Shown here: positions 13,561 to 25,247 of the stretch, one piece after another
How positions within the stretch are numbered: position 1 is the stretch's first letter
Layout: each line of letters starts with the position of its first letter
NCBI GenBank assembly: GCA_951406725.2
Contig: OX597816.1
Coordinates: 93,248,001 to 93,312,000 of the forward strand
Reading direction: 5' to 3'
Source of the DNA: Octopus vulgaris
Taxonomy: Eukaryota
DNA length: 64,000 nt
Notes under the pieces: generated by a model
The model's database searches: none
Told to the model about the DNA's origin: nothing
The model's input: the letters and a program-made list of their open reading frames with translations, nothing else
Program-made: the position numbers and the translations under genes

Positions 13561-14230
13561 GAATAAGAGAAAATAAACAGAGACAGAATAAAACACCTGT
13601 AGATTTAGTGGTTAAGCATATATATGAACTTTAGGTTACTTAATATATATATATGCACTTGAGGTTAGTTAAAATATGATTGTGACATATTTTAACTTTT
13701 AAAGGAAAATTCACTGCAGATACCATGGAGGAAAAAATTTTCTCTTATGGTAAATGGTGTAAAAGTTCCATATTTCCCAGAGATTCCTCTTATCAGATTC
13801 CCAGATGGCCGTTTCTAACTCTTTAGCCTTCCTCAATGAGAAATACCAAAGAGAGATAACCTGAGCAGATTGAAGTTGTAACTTTTACTAATAAACAGTT
13901 TACATCAGTGTCTGAGTTGTGCTATATGACTACCTGGACCGGATAAATATAACAGCATCAGCAGTGAGCAGAGATTAGGAATAAATGACCTTTAGAAATT
14001 AAAATATTTTAATGTCTGATCTTTTGTGTCTTATTTCTATGCTGGGAGATTAAGGAGAATAATCTGACCTCTGAAATCTTTGGTGATCATGAAAAGGTCA
14101 ATTGTTTGTTTAGATTTGAGCTGCTTCCTGGCCAAACCCTAAATAGCAAAATGAAGAGTTCATTTCTCTGTCTTCAGGTTTTCAGCTGATTAACTGAGAG
14201 CATCTTTTGGCCAAATGGAAAGGGACTATG

Positions 14231-14299
<69 letters not shown>

Positions 14300-14330
14300 A
14301 AATATATATATATATATATATATACATATA

Positions 14331-15584
14331 CAGAGGTTGGACAAAATAATAGAAACACCTAGCATCATAGCATCATAGTTTTGAAATATCTATAAAACAA
14401 TCAAAAGCTTTTTTTTTTATTTATTATTAGTGTTGCTTAATATGTTTTGCTAAAATTGCTGTTTCTTTTCAGATATTATTAGAAAAAGGTAATTAAATTT
14501 CATTAAAATGACAGATCTATTGAACTTTTAAAGAGGTCAAATTGTTGCTGCTTGTATAGCAGGTGCTAGCGTAATAAAAACAGCCGAAATGTTTGGTGTA
14601 TCAAGAAGTACTGTCTCAAAGGTAATGATACCCTTTAAGAAAGAGCTGAAAATTTCCTCGTTGAAACAAAACTCTGGGAGAAAGCCAAAACTTTCAGATA
14701 GGGACCGTTGGACTCCTACGTGAATTGTTAGAAAGGATCAGAAAAGAACAGTTCCCAAAATTACTGCAGAGCTTAATGACCACCTCAAGAACCCAGTTTC
14801 TACAAAAACTGTTCGTCAGGAACTGCACAAAGCCAGATTTCATGGGAAAGCTCCAATCAGAAAACCACTACTTTCAAAAACAAACGTTGCAAAGCATTTA
14901 GAGTGGAGTAAAAAACCTACAAAATTAGTCCCTAGAGCAGTGGAAGAATGTTCTTTTCTTGAAAAAGTCATCCTTTACCTTATTTTTGACTACTGGCTGA
15001 GTATACATGTGGAGACAGCCAAAAGAAGCATTTGACCCAGACTGCCTTCTTCCAACTGTTAAGCTGGAGGAGGATCTGTGATGATCTGGAGGCAGGGTCT
15101 ATATCTAGGAAATCCACCAGCCCAATGGTTTTCCTTTATGGCAAAATTAATACACAAGATTATTTAAGCATTTTATCTGATCAAATTCATCCTATGGTTG
15201 TGGAACTGTTTCCAGAGGGAAACACAATCTTTCAGCATGATAATGCACCAATTTGCACAGCTAAAGTTGTTACTGACTGGTACAAGGAAGATTCTATTGA
15301 AGTTGAACATCTTATCTGGTCACCACAGTCCCCAGATCACAATATTATTGAACCTTTATGATGCATTTTAGAAAAACAAGTAAGGAGTTGATATCCTCCG
15401 TCATCATTACTACAAGAACTGGAGATTGTTTTAGCTGAAGAATGGACAAAAATTCCTTCAGAAAAAATTCAAATTTTGTACAAGACCATACCTCATAGAA
15501 TTCAAGCTGTAATTACTGCAAAAGGCAGTCCTACTCCATATTAAAATAAATTTGTTTGAAATTTTAAGGCATTTCCAACCCCTG
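14331..15584 (+). mobile_element. Full-length, inactivated Tc1-family DNA transposon
   Basis: TA|CAGAGGTTGGA ... TCCAACCCCTG|TA terminal inverted repeats (TIRs) with TA TSD, enclosing a transposase remnant. Confidence 0.92.
14508..15544 (+). pseudogene. Tc1 (DD34E-type) transposase pseudogene
   Basis: MTDLLNF*RGQIVAA...FGVSRSTVSKV...SGRKPKLSDRD...FQHDNAPIC...WSPQSPDHNIIEPL...AKGSPTPY*; several stops and frameshifts. Confidence 0.9.
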
Positions 15585-15706
15585 TATATATTATTTCTCC
15601 TTCTTTCTAGCTCTCCTGTCTAACTACCATTGAACATCCAGTTACCATGATTAACTGCTAACTCAAAAATTTTTTTAATTCTCTCCCTGTTTATTTCCTC
15701 GTGTTC

Positions 15707-15742
15707 CTTTCTGTGGAAGAGTTTAGGCTCGAAATGTAAAAG
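15707..15742 (+). ncRNA. Hammerhead-like motif with variant core CUGUGGA (same family as 12474)
   Basis: CTTT-CTGTGGA-A-GAGT-ttag-GCTC-GAA-ATGT-A-AAAG, followed by the same flank (GACTTT...ACACCTGTCTTC). Confidence 0.55.
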
Positions 15743-15972
15743 ACTTTCTCACCTTCCAAAGCATCAAACTAATACACCTGCTTGTTGTTTATACACCTGT
15801 CTTCATTATTTATCTTTTAATTTTTACTTCAGTCATTAAACTGTCACCATGCTGGGGCACCACCTTGAAGGATTTTTAATCAAATGAATCAACCCCAGCA
15901 TATTCTTTTTAAACTTGGTAATCATTTTATAAGTTTCGTTTGATAAACCATTATGTTACAGGGACTTAAACA

Positions 15973-16380
15973 TAGGTGCAGCATGGTTGTGTGGTAAGGA
16001 GCTTGCTTCTCAGCCACATGGTTCCAGGTTCAGTTCCACTGTGTGGCACCTTGGGCAAGTGTCTTCTACTATAGACTCAGGCTGAACAAAGCCTTATGAG
16101 TGGATATGGCAGATGGAAACTGAAAGAAGCCTGTCGTATATATGTATATATTTGTTTGTATGTGTCTGTGTGTGTGTGTGTGTGTGTCTGTGCTTGTCCT
16201 GCTACCATTGCTTGACAACCAATTTTGATGTATTTATGTCCCCGTAACTTAGTGGTTAGCCAAAAGTCACTGATAAAATAAGTGCTAGGCTTACAAAGAA
16301 TGGGATCGATTTGTTTGACTAAAGACAGTGTTCCAGCATGGCCACAGTCATATGGCTGAAACAAGTAAAAGAATAAAAAA
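15973..16380 (+). mobile_element. SINE family B, near full length
   Basis: tRNA-like head, CACCTTGGGCAAGTGTCTTCTACTATAG body, internal (TG)n, GAAACAAGTAAAAG tail. Confidence 0.88.
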
Positions 16381-16569
16381 ATATACCAAAACCAGTTATC
16401 AAGTGGTAGTGGAGGACAAATACAGATACGGGGGATACACACATACACATATACAAAAATATATATATATACACACATACATATATTGGCTACCCCCGCC
16501 TAAGAAAAATGGGGAATAGGCCTGGGTGTATATATATATGTATATATACATATATAGATGAAAGTCAGT

Positions 16570-16630
<61 letters not shown>

Positions 16631-16896
16631 GTAGTCACACACACACATTACTGACTTCTTTCAGTTTTCATCTACTAAATCCACTCACAAAACTCTGATC
16701 AGCCCAAGGTTATAATAGAAGAAGATTAATGCAGTGGGACTGAGCCCAGGATTATTTGGTTGGGAAGCATGATTTTTACCACACAATAAATTTATATATG
16801 TGTGTATACTACAGTTCTATATTTAAGAGATGAGGAATTATATACATTATTTAAATTATTTACATTTGACGAATATTTGTCCTCATCTTTGTTGTT

Positions 16897-16939
16897 AACA
16901 CTTTTCAGCTGATATACCCTACAGCCTTCATCAGGTGTC
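16897..16939 (-). ncRNA. Degenerate hammerhead motif (stem III and triplet deleted) in a PLE-LTR-like repeat
   Basis: GACAC-CTGATGA-A-GGCTG...CAGCT-GAAA-A-GTGTT. Confidence 0.5.
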
Positions 16940-17109
16940 TTGGGGAAATTTTGAACCTGGGTTCTCATTCCTAAGGTATCAAGCATATCACATGGAGATG
17001 AATACCAATGTTCCATGTTATAGGCTTGACAATTGTTGAGGAACTTCCCTTAAAGTGAAACCTATAGTAGTCTTAACCCATAAATAACGGATGTATATAT
17101 ATATACGTA

Positions 17110-17300
17110 TATATATTATATAAAATCCATTCTATCTGTCTATGTGTCTTCTAGGATCTCGGGCATCCTCCATCCGATTGCGCTCAAATTTGATACGTAG
17201 ATACCGATGGTATCAGGGTGTGTATAAGTCTTGAAAACATTACAAAAATCGATTCCAGGTGAGAATGCAATCGATAGAGCATATTTGTGGGAATAGAATT
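17110..17300 (+). mobile_element. Possible non-autonomous Helitron-like fragment
   Basis: TATATTATATAAAATC...TCTATCTGTC...CCGATTGCGCTCAAATTTG layout typical of Helitron-derived short elements; no 3' hairpin confirmed. Confidence 0.3.
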
Positions 17301-17571
17301 GTTTTCCTTTGGAATAGAAAAAAGTTTATATTTATTTCTTCTTTTGCTGGTGTCTCAAATTTAGGTTAAATCAGTGTTTCTCAAAGAGGAGGCCTATGGA
17401 ACAGTCAGACATGTTGTTTTGAGAAAATTTGGTTTAAATGTTTGACAACTCAGCACTGTCCATTGGACAGGGGGAGGGCGTTTTGCTCATATATATATAT
17501 ATATTTCTTCATTTTTTCATTTTCATTTTCATCTAGTTTCAGCTCACGAGCTGTGGCCATGCTGGGGCATT

Positions 17572-17576
17572 AAAAA
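17572..17576 (-). terminator. Pol III terminator (T5) of tRNA-Gly
   Basis: TTTTT on the minus strand 8 nt downstream of the discriminator base. Confidence 0.75.
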
Positions 17577-17584
17577 TGAAGGGA

Positions 17585-17656
17585 TGCATCGGCCGGGAGT
17601 CGAACCCAGATCGACTGCTTGGAAGGCAATCATGCTAACCGTTACACCACCGACGC
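17585..17656 (-). tRNA. tRNA-Gly (anticodon TCC)
   Basis: GCGTCGGTGGTGTAACGGTTAGCATGATTGCCTTCCAAGCAGTCGATCTGGGTTCGACTCCCGGCCGATGCA: 72 nt, all four stems pair (some G:U), GTTCGA T-loop, no encoded CCA, oligo-T terminator. Confidence 0.93.
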
Positions 17657-17690
17657 TTCACATATATAACTCAGCTCAACTCAACTCCAT

Positions 17691-18043
17691 TGGTCATGAA
17701 TGACCATGGGTGCACTTAAGAGGTTCCCTTCCAGGGTACATATCTGGGTGGAAAGTTGCCTCACCAACGAACACAACCTAGGGTTGTTTTTATGGAAGAC
17801 CAGTAGTCGCCCATGCATACCAGCCTCCCCTTTCTACTCTGCTGATGCTATCCAAGGGAAAGGCAAAGGCCAATGCAGCTTGGCATCAGTAATGTCACAA
17901 CTCATTCCTACAGCTGAGTGAACGGGAGCAATGTGAAATAAAGTGTCTTGCTCAAGAACACAATATGCTGCATGGTCCGGGACTCAAACTCACAACTTCA
18001 CGATCATAAGCTCAACACTCTAACCACTGAACCATGCACCTTC
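17691..18043 (-). mobile_element. tRNA-derived SINE, family A
   Basis: Reverse-complement homology to 56303-56602. Confidence 0.88.
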
Positions 18044-19119
18044 ACTATATATACACCCACACACACACATATATATATATATATACACACCCACATATAT
18101 GCATATGTATATACACATACTGTGTGCTTCATCTGGCATTTAGTAAAATAGATTTATGTCTTTTGATTTTGCATCCTGTCAAAGTCAACTTCACCTTTTA
18201 GCCTCCCACGAAAGGGTATGATGAAATACCAGCTGAGTACCGAAGTCAAATCTAATCAATGCACACACACACACATATATATATACATACATATATATAC
18301 ATTTATCCTCGCAAGATTAAAGACTTATACTTCTGTCAGAAGTTGTTACTTTAATGTTCATTTTCTATATTAAATATTAAATAAGTATCTTCAACATTGG
18401 TGGAGGAATATCAATACTAAGATTACAACATGATAAAAAATAGTATTAGAAGTAATTTAAATTCCATACCAACTCCAGACAATATGATTAATCATTATCA
18501 TCATCATCATCATTATTTAACACCTGGCTTTCATGCAGGCATGGCATGAACAGTTTGACAGGATCTGACATGAAAATATAGATCGTCATGATGCGTATGT
18601 TAATGATGATGATGATGATGACGAGAAGGCAGAGGAGGAGAAAATGAAAGGAGAGGAGAAAGAAAAAAGAAGGTAAATAATAGTAAATAAAATAAATGTA
18701 TGACTAAAAATGAGAGAGAATAAAAGTATAAGTTAATATTTTACTTACACTTCAGTATTGACTGTTGGTATTTTAGGTTTCAAAACAGCTTTGCAAGTTG
18801 TTGATTAGTTTTATGCAAATCAGCTGCTGAAGCTAAATAAGGAGGTGTCCTGTAGCAACAACAGTAGCCAAGTAGTAGTAATAGTAGTAGTAGTAGTAGT
18901 AGTAGTTGGTCTGAGTTTTATTTTTCTATTGAATAACTTACTCCTTATTTAATACTTCATATATCATAGGACACAAATGTATTTTTTCTGGCTGTTAGTT
19001 TTCAAGTTTATTTGCTTTAGGCTAAGTAAGTACTGGTCCTTGATTATTCAGTAATGATTTTAAATATCTAACTAAAAAAAAATGGACTTGCTAATATTTG
19101 AAAGTCTCATTGCTTCAGT

Positions 19120-19420
19120 AAGCATCCACTTTCCATGCTGGCATAGGTTAGATGGTTTGACTGGAACTGGTAAACCAGAGGGCCTCACCAGGTTCCAGTC
19201 TTATTTGATATGGTTTCTATGACTGGATGCCCTTCCTAACACTAACTACTCCAAGAGTGTAATGAGTGCTTTTTACATGTCATTTACATGACACTAGCAA
19301 TGATTATGACTGATTTCACTTGACTTGAGAAGCCTTCTCAAGCACAGCATATTGCCCAAGGTCTTGGTCAATTTTCATCACTTCCGCAAGGCCTAACATT
19401 AAAAAAATCATGCAACTGGT
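19120..19420 (-). mobile_element. RTE LINE 3' end (family C), including the last RT-ORF codons and 3'UTR
   Basis: Physically links the GGAAGGGCATCCAG tail to the ...YAVLEK ORF terminus. Confidence 0.8.
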
Positions 19421-19464
19421 AACAACCATGATTACAGTTTCATGGGTGCCATTCACATGAGGTC

Positions 19465-19625
19465 GACTTTCAAATTCTGTCAAGGTTGACTTTGCCTTTC
19501 ATCCTTTCAGGGTCGATAAATTAAGTACCAGTTACGCACTGGAGTCGATGTAATCAACTTAATCTGTTTGTCTGTCCTTGTTTGTCCCCTCTATGTTTAG
19601 CCCCTTGTGGGTAATAACGAAACAT
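19465..19625 (+). mobile_element. SINE family D, 5'-truncated
   Basis: TTTGCCTTTCATCCTTTCAGGGTCGATAAATTAAGTACCAG core. Confidence 0.88.
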
Positions 19626-20200
19626 ACTGGCAATGGCCACAACTACGATTTCCCTTGGCTTGACAAGTCTTTTCAAACACAGTATATCACCAAAGTTCTC
19701 AGTCACTTGTCATCACCTCCCTTAGGCCCAGCATTTGAAATCATGCTTCACCATCTCATCCCATGTCCTCCTGGGTCAACCTCTTCCACAGGTTCTTTCC
19801 ACATTTAGAGATTGACACTTCTTTACACAGCTGCTCTTGTCCAAATGCATCACATGACCATACCAGCACATTTGTCTCTCTTGTACACCACATCTGATTC
19901 TTCTTATGCCCAGTTTTTCTCTCGAGACATTTATGCTCTGTCGTACAAACACACTGACATGGCACATTTAGCGAAGTATACTAGCTTCATTTCTTTCAAG
20001 CCTTTATTTGTCCTCTACAGTAACAGCTCACATTTCACTGCCATGGAGCATGGTTGTTTGCACACAGGCATCACACAGTCTACCTTTCATTCTGAGAGAG
20101 TGGTCCTTTGTTACCAACAAAGGTAGAACCTCTCTGAACTTTGCACAGCCTATTCTTATTCTAGCAACTACACTCTCAGAGCATCACTTTTACTGCTGAC
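19626..20200 (-). pseudogene. RTE LINE (family C) RT C-terminal remnant
   Basis: REKLGIRRIRCGVQERQMCWYGHVMHLDKSSCVKKCQSLNVERTCGRG*PRRTWDE is an RTE-type C-terminus (W.GHV...GRGRP..TW). Confidence 0.85.
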
Positions 20201-20204
20201 CTAT

Positions 20205-20405
20205 CATCATCATCATCATTGTTTAACATCCGCTTTCCATGCTAGCATGGGTTGGACGATTTGACTGAGGTCTGGCGAACCAGATGGCTGCACCAGACTC
20301 CAATCTGATCTGGCAGAGTTTCTACAGCTGGATGCCCTTCCTAATGCTAGCCACTCTGAGAGTGTAGTGGGTGCCACTGGCACGAGGGCCAGTCAGGCAG
20401 TACTG
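20205..20405 (-). mobile_element. RTE 3'-end fragment (family C)
   Basis: (CAT)n followed by TTTAACATCCGCTTTCCATGCTAGCATGGGTTGGACG. Confidence 0.85.
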
Positions 20406-20409
20406 TTGA

Positions 20410-20454
<45 letters not shown>

Positions 20455-21371
20455 TATGTGTGTCTGTGTGTGTCTGTGTGTCTGTGTATTTGTATTTGTC
20501 ATCTATCACTGTTTGACAATCCATGCTGGTTTACTTATGTCCCCATAACCTAACAGTTCAGCAAAAACCCAAAAAGAGACTGACTGAATGGGTGCTTGAC
20601 TTAGAGGGGAAAAAGTAAGTATTGGGATCGATTTGTTTGACTGAACCTTACAAGGCAGTGTCCCAGAATTGGTGGAAAATAGTTTCAAACATGACATTCT
20701 TCAAAAAAAGAGAGACTAATATATAAATCTGCTTTGTGCTGTAAAAGATTTAAGCCAAAGCATCCACTAGCCTGCCATTTTTCTATAAATATAGATAATA
20801 TTATAACGAAATCCACCAACTTTAAACATAAGTATATCAGGATTTTTATGTAATATGATTTTCCTGGTACTGCTTCTTACTAGCGTAAATAGTAATCTAT
20901 TGTAGAGACTTGTTTATAATTTGTTGAAGAGATTCCCCTACACACACCTACACCCAGCTGAGTATCCTTTCTAATGGTAAGTACTCAGGACCTAAATACT
21001 TAAGTGCCAAAAACAGCACTTATTTTTGCTTAAGTTTCATAAGGTAATTTAAGTGGTGTAATTTTCTTTAAAATATAAAGCAGCAGTTGTTGTAGAGTTT
21101 GAAATTGTTATATTATAGAATATTATCTATCATTATAACCATAAAATTAAATTTGATATGCCTTCAGGAGCGAGATAGAACTCTTATGTGCTGGGACCTA
21201 ACACCAGTTTCATAACATTAAATGAATTAAAAGATAAATCTTCTGCTGAGCGAAATGTAAATTTGTCACTGATAGCATTTGTAAAAGATTTGATACTTGC
21301 TCTCATAGCTAGGTGAATTAGCAAAAGTAGACTCCAGTGTATTACGCAAATATATAGTAAAATACCTGCAG

Positions 21372-22030
21372 TCATCATCATCATCATCATCTTTTAACGT
21401 CCGCTTTCCATGCTAGCATGGGTTGGATGTATGACTGAGGGCTGGCGAACCAGATGGCTGCCCGAGGCTTCAATCTTGATCTGGCAGAGTTTCTACAGCT
21501 GGATGCTCTTCCTAATGCCAACCACTCCGAGAGTATAGTGGGTGCTTTTACGTGCCATTGGCATGGGGCCAGTCAGGCGGTACTGGCAACGAACTTGCTC
21601 AAATCTTTTACACATGCCACCGGCACGGGTGCCAGTAAGGCGATGCTGGTAGCGATCACACTCAAATGGTGTCTTTTACATGCCACCAGATGTTGCTCTT
21701 AATACCCTACTAGCACGGGGCTCGAGTGCCAGTAATGTGACGCTGGTAATGATCACACTCGAATGGTACCTTTTAAGTGCCACTGGCATGGAAGCCAGTT
21801 AGCTGCTCAGTCAAGGATCATACTCATATGGTGCTCTATACACCCCGCTAGCATGGACGCCAGTCATCGAGTTTGATTTTGATTTTTGATTTCACTTGCC
21901 TCAACAGGTCTTCGCAAGCAGAGTTTTAGTGTCCAAAGAAGGAAAAGGTATGCATAAGTGGGCTGGTAACGCCCCTGGCATAGGCCATGAGATTATGGTC
22001 TCATTTGGCTTGCAGAATCTTCTCATGCAT
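21372..22030 (-). mobile_element. RTE 3' end (family C) with tandemly repeated 3'UTR units
   Basis: (CAT)n tail and about 6 repeats of a GTGCTTTTACGTGCCAC(T/C)GGCA-containing unit. Confidence 0.85.
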
Positions 22031-23905
22031 GATTTGAATAAAAGACCTATGAATTTGCTGTATAATGTTATATGAATTTAGTTGAGCAGTGGACTGGCAG
22101 AGGGACAACTAACAATGTTTGATTAAATCTCTTTACATTCTGAGTTCAAATCCTGCTAAAGTTAACTTTATATTTCATCTTTCCAGGTATGATAAAGATG
22201 AGTACCTGTTAAGTACTGAGGTTCAGCTAATCAACCGTTTCTTCCCTCAAAATATGTAACAATGTGTTTGCATTTGAAATCAGCTTTGTATTCACTTATG
22301 TATTTTGTTCTTATGCTAAAGTATCATAAATCTTTGTATCATAAACTCACATTTAATTAGTGAATCTGTTGGAAATATTACTTTAACAGCTTAATCTTGT
22401 AAAACGTATTTTTTTTAAATGCATACCTTTGTTTTTAACAATTGATGTAAGTCAGAGTATCATTTCTTTTCATAGAACTTATGTCACTATAGCATCAAAG
22501 AGATTAGAAGTGAATGTAAGAAAGTTGTAGTTTACAAATGCAGTGAAAATACATTTTAGACTTTTTACAGTTTATAATAATGAGCTTAACGTAAGCAGTG
22601 TTCAGGTGAACTATAACTTGTCATAAAAGTGTAAAAGAGGAAACAGAAAGCAACAATAAGTAAAGACAGGCAGCAATGATAATAAAGAAATGCAGCTGCT
22701 GTACACAGAATGAAATACAAAAAGACAGAAGAGTGAACAGCAGAAGAGCCACAAAGAGAAAAGGGTTGCATGGATACATCAGAAGTAGTTTTGATGAATT
22801 TGAGGAAGAATGGAATTTTTGAAAGGTGCATTGTCCTGACAGCTAACAACCAGTATGGATGACTTATCATTCCATGCTTTAAACAATTCTTTTTAAATCA
22901 TTTGTATTGTGTTGTTGTTGTTGTTGTTGTTTTATTTTTGGTTGCTTTTTATCGCCAAAGTCATTGTGGGAAAAGTGATGGATAATCTTGTGGGCTTCTA
23001 CAAGCTGAAGTTTTAGTATGCCAATATTCGGAAAAGTAAGGTATTCAAGATATGGTAAGTGGCTGACAAAAGGTATTGGTCTGGCTGCATGTCACAGGAC
23101 AGCTTCCAGAAGATCAATATTTTGGACAAAGTGGTGTTCAAGACTGGCTATACAAACTATAAGTGTAGATGTGGTATAGCCATATGTTGCTTTAAATAGA
23201 TAGCCAGTGAGCAGCTGAAAAATTGTATTCAAGTCATAAAATACAAAACATGAAGCTTATTGCAGACTCTTAATAAATTTAATTGATAATACATTCTTTT
23301 TATTTGCAAACATTAAGTTTGAAGCTATATAAACAATAGTACTACACTGTAATCCTTTAAAGAGTATAATAAATATGTAAACTTTTGTATTATAAGGACA
23401 GCTGTGGTAAGCATCAGTCCCAGACAGATAAAACAAATTTCTGACAGAGACAGAAGATCTCAAATCTGGTGGGGAATGGAACAATCAATTATATCAACCC
23501 CAGTACTTAAGTGGTATGTACATTATTTTATTACACCTGAGAGGCTGAAAAGCAAAGCTGACCACAGTGGAATTTGAATTCAGATCAGAAGGAGTAAGAA
23601 CATTGTTTCTGCCAATTCAGCACCTAGTCAGACTGATATAATACACAGTTATTGATAATACATTTAAATAAACATATCATAAGACTTACATGTGGATAGA
23701 AAGTCTCATACCTAGAAGCATAGCAGTCATTGTTATATACATGATTTGTAAACTGAAGCTTTTCTTAAAGTTTTAATCAGTTATGAGATTTTTCTGATTT
23801 AATACAAATTGAATTAACAGTTCTGAATTATACTCAATAAAACTAAGCCTATGTACAGAGGTGATACAAAATTCTTGTAATATTTGAAACTACTGTGTTC
23901 AGATA

Positions 23906-24063
23906 TGAGGGGGTGCTGAAAAGTTCCTGGCTTTAAGGTATCACGAAAGCCTGGTTTGCGCCCCAACCTTCCAAGCTCTTTTACAGAGCTTAGAAAAACT
24001 AAAGAACTGCTGCAATGAGTGTGTGAACCCAAAGCCAGGAACTTTCCAGCCCCCCCCCCCCCA
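23906..24063. mobile_element. mariner-derived MITE
   Basis: TA|TGAGGGGGTGCTGAAAAGTTCCTGGCTTT ... AAAGCCAGGAACTTTCCAGCCCCC...CA|TA TIRs of ~28 bp. Confidence 0.85.
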
Positions 24064-24096
24064 TATATTCACTGTAATAAAAACTGGAAATTGTGT

Positions 24097-24263
24097 TGGT
24101 GGCACGTAAAAAGCACCCACTACACTCACGGAGTGGTTGGCGTTAGGAAGGGCATCCAGCCGTAGAAACACTGCCAGATTTGACTGGGCCTGATGAAGCC
24201 TTCTGGCTTCACAGACCCCAGCAGAACCGTCCAACCCATGCTAGCATGGAAAACGGACGCTAA

Positions 24264-24297
<34 letters not shown>
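24097..24297 (+). mobile_element. RTE 3'-end fragment (family C), low divergence
   Basis: GGTGGCACGTAAAAAGCACCCACTACAC...CGGACGCTAAA(TGA)n. Confidence 0.9.
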
Positions 24298-25247
24298 CTG
24301 AAAACAACAGTGAACTATAAATTAACTATAAGCGATACCCTTGGTTTTGAACATTGTTCAATTAAACAATAACATAAATTTTGAGATAACTCAGACGACA
24401 AGACAGCTTAAAATTACTTCTAAACTTTGAAACAGAATAGAATGAAAATACTAATATGTAAATAAACTATAAATACTGATTATTGATCAAAATATATAAA
24501 CTGGTATTTAAATGACAGAGTTAGAATTTAGATACTTAAAAAAAAATAGCTTCTAATTTAAGCACTAGACTGGCAATTTTTCAGGAAGGGGTTAATCAAT
24601 GTCATCAACCCAAGTACTTGATGGCTACTTTATTTTATCGATCTTGAAAGGTTGAAAAACAAAGTTGATTTCAGCAGGATTTGAACGCAGCATGTAAGTA
24701 AATGGAGTAAATACCACAAGGCATTTTATAAAAATATTTTAACAATTCTGCAACCTTAATGCAATTACTAGCCACACTATAATTAAAGGATTCATTAAAA
24801 TAGTATGGCATATGTATGACATAGTACGACATCTTATTGATTCTGGAGTATAAAGAATAAGAACTAATGGTAAAAGTAATATTCATGAAGAGATTATTCC
24901 CCGAACTTTCCCCAGTTAAGACTAGGTGGGAGTTCTAGCAAATATAGATTAAGAAATGTAAATAGTTGTTCCTAAAATTCATGATTAGTTGAAAATATAT
25001 ACTAATATAATGATTTTATCCTAAATGTATTTCTTTCAGAAAATTGTATTTATTCCTTCGAGCACAAGTTTCTCACCTCCAATCCTAAAACTCTGCAATG
25101 CAAAAATAACAACTTGATCCAAAATCACAATATTGTCACAATAGTTTCAATGTAATGCAATGCAATGTGAAAATAGCAACCTAATCTAAAATCACTGACA
25201 ATATGTATTTCATTTCCAAATGCAGGTAAGATTTATTTTTTTAGAAC

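Larger units (their letters stand above)
12205..14233. repeat. ~1.03-1.05 kb tandem duplication (two copies joined at a (TA)n tract)
   Basis: 12226-13209 is nearly identical to ~13270-14233; duplicated ORFs in the track (12167/13149, 13149/14174). Confidence 0.95.

Noticed and set aside
21540-21870. CRISPR-like alternation of constant and variable blocks (also 33600-33860 and 54250-54560)
   Set aside because: The variable parts are homologous to each other, the array is part of an RTE 3'UTR, there are no cas genes and the DNA is eukaryotic
22580-23230. Purine-rich stretch with faint Cys/His (PHD-like) remnants, possibly an ancient DNA transposon
   Set aside because: No continuous frame or unambiguous motif
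25040-25224. Plus-strand exon candidate (TTCTTTCAG ... CAG|GTAAGA) upstream of the LINE
   Set aside because: No convincing open frame, internal tandem repeats, and the donor is only ~20 nt from the next AG; splice-like words are common in AT-rich DNA
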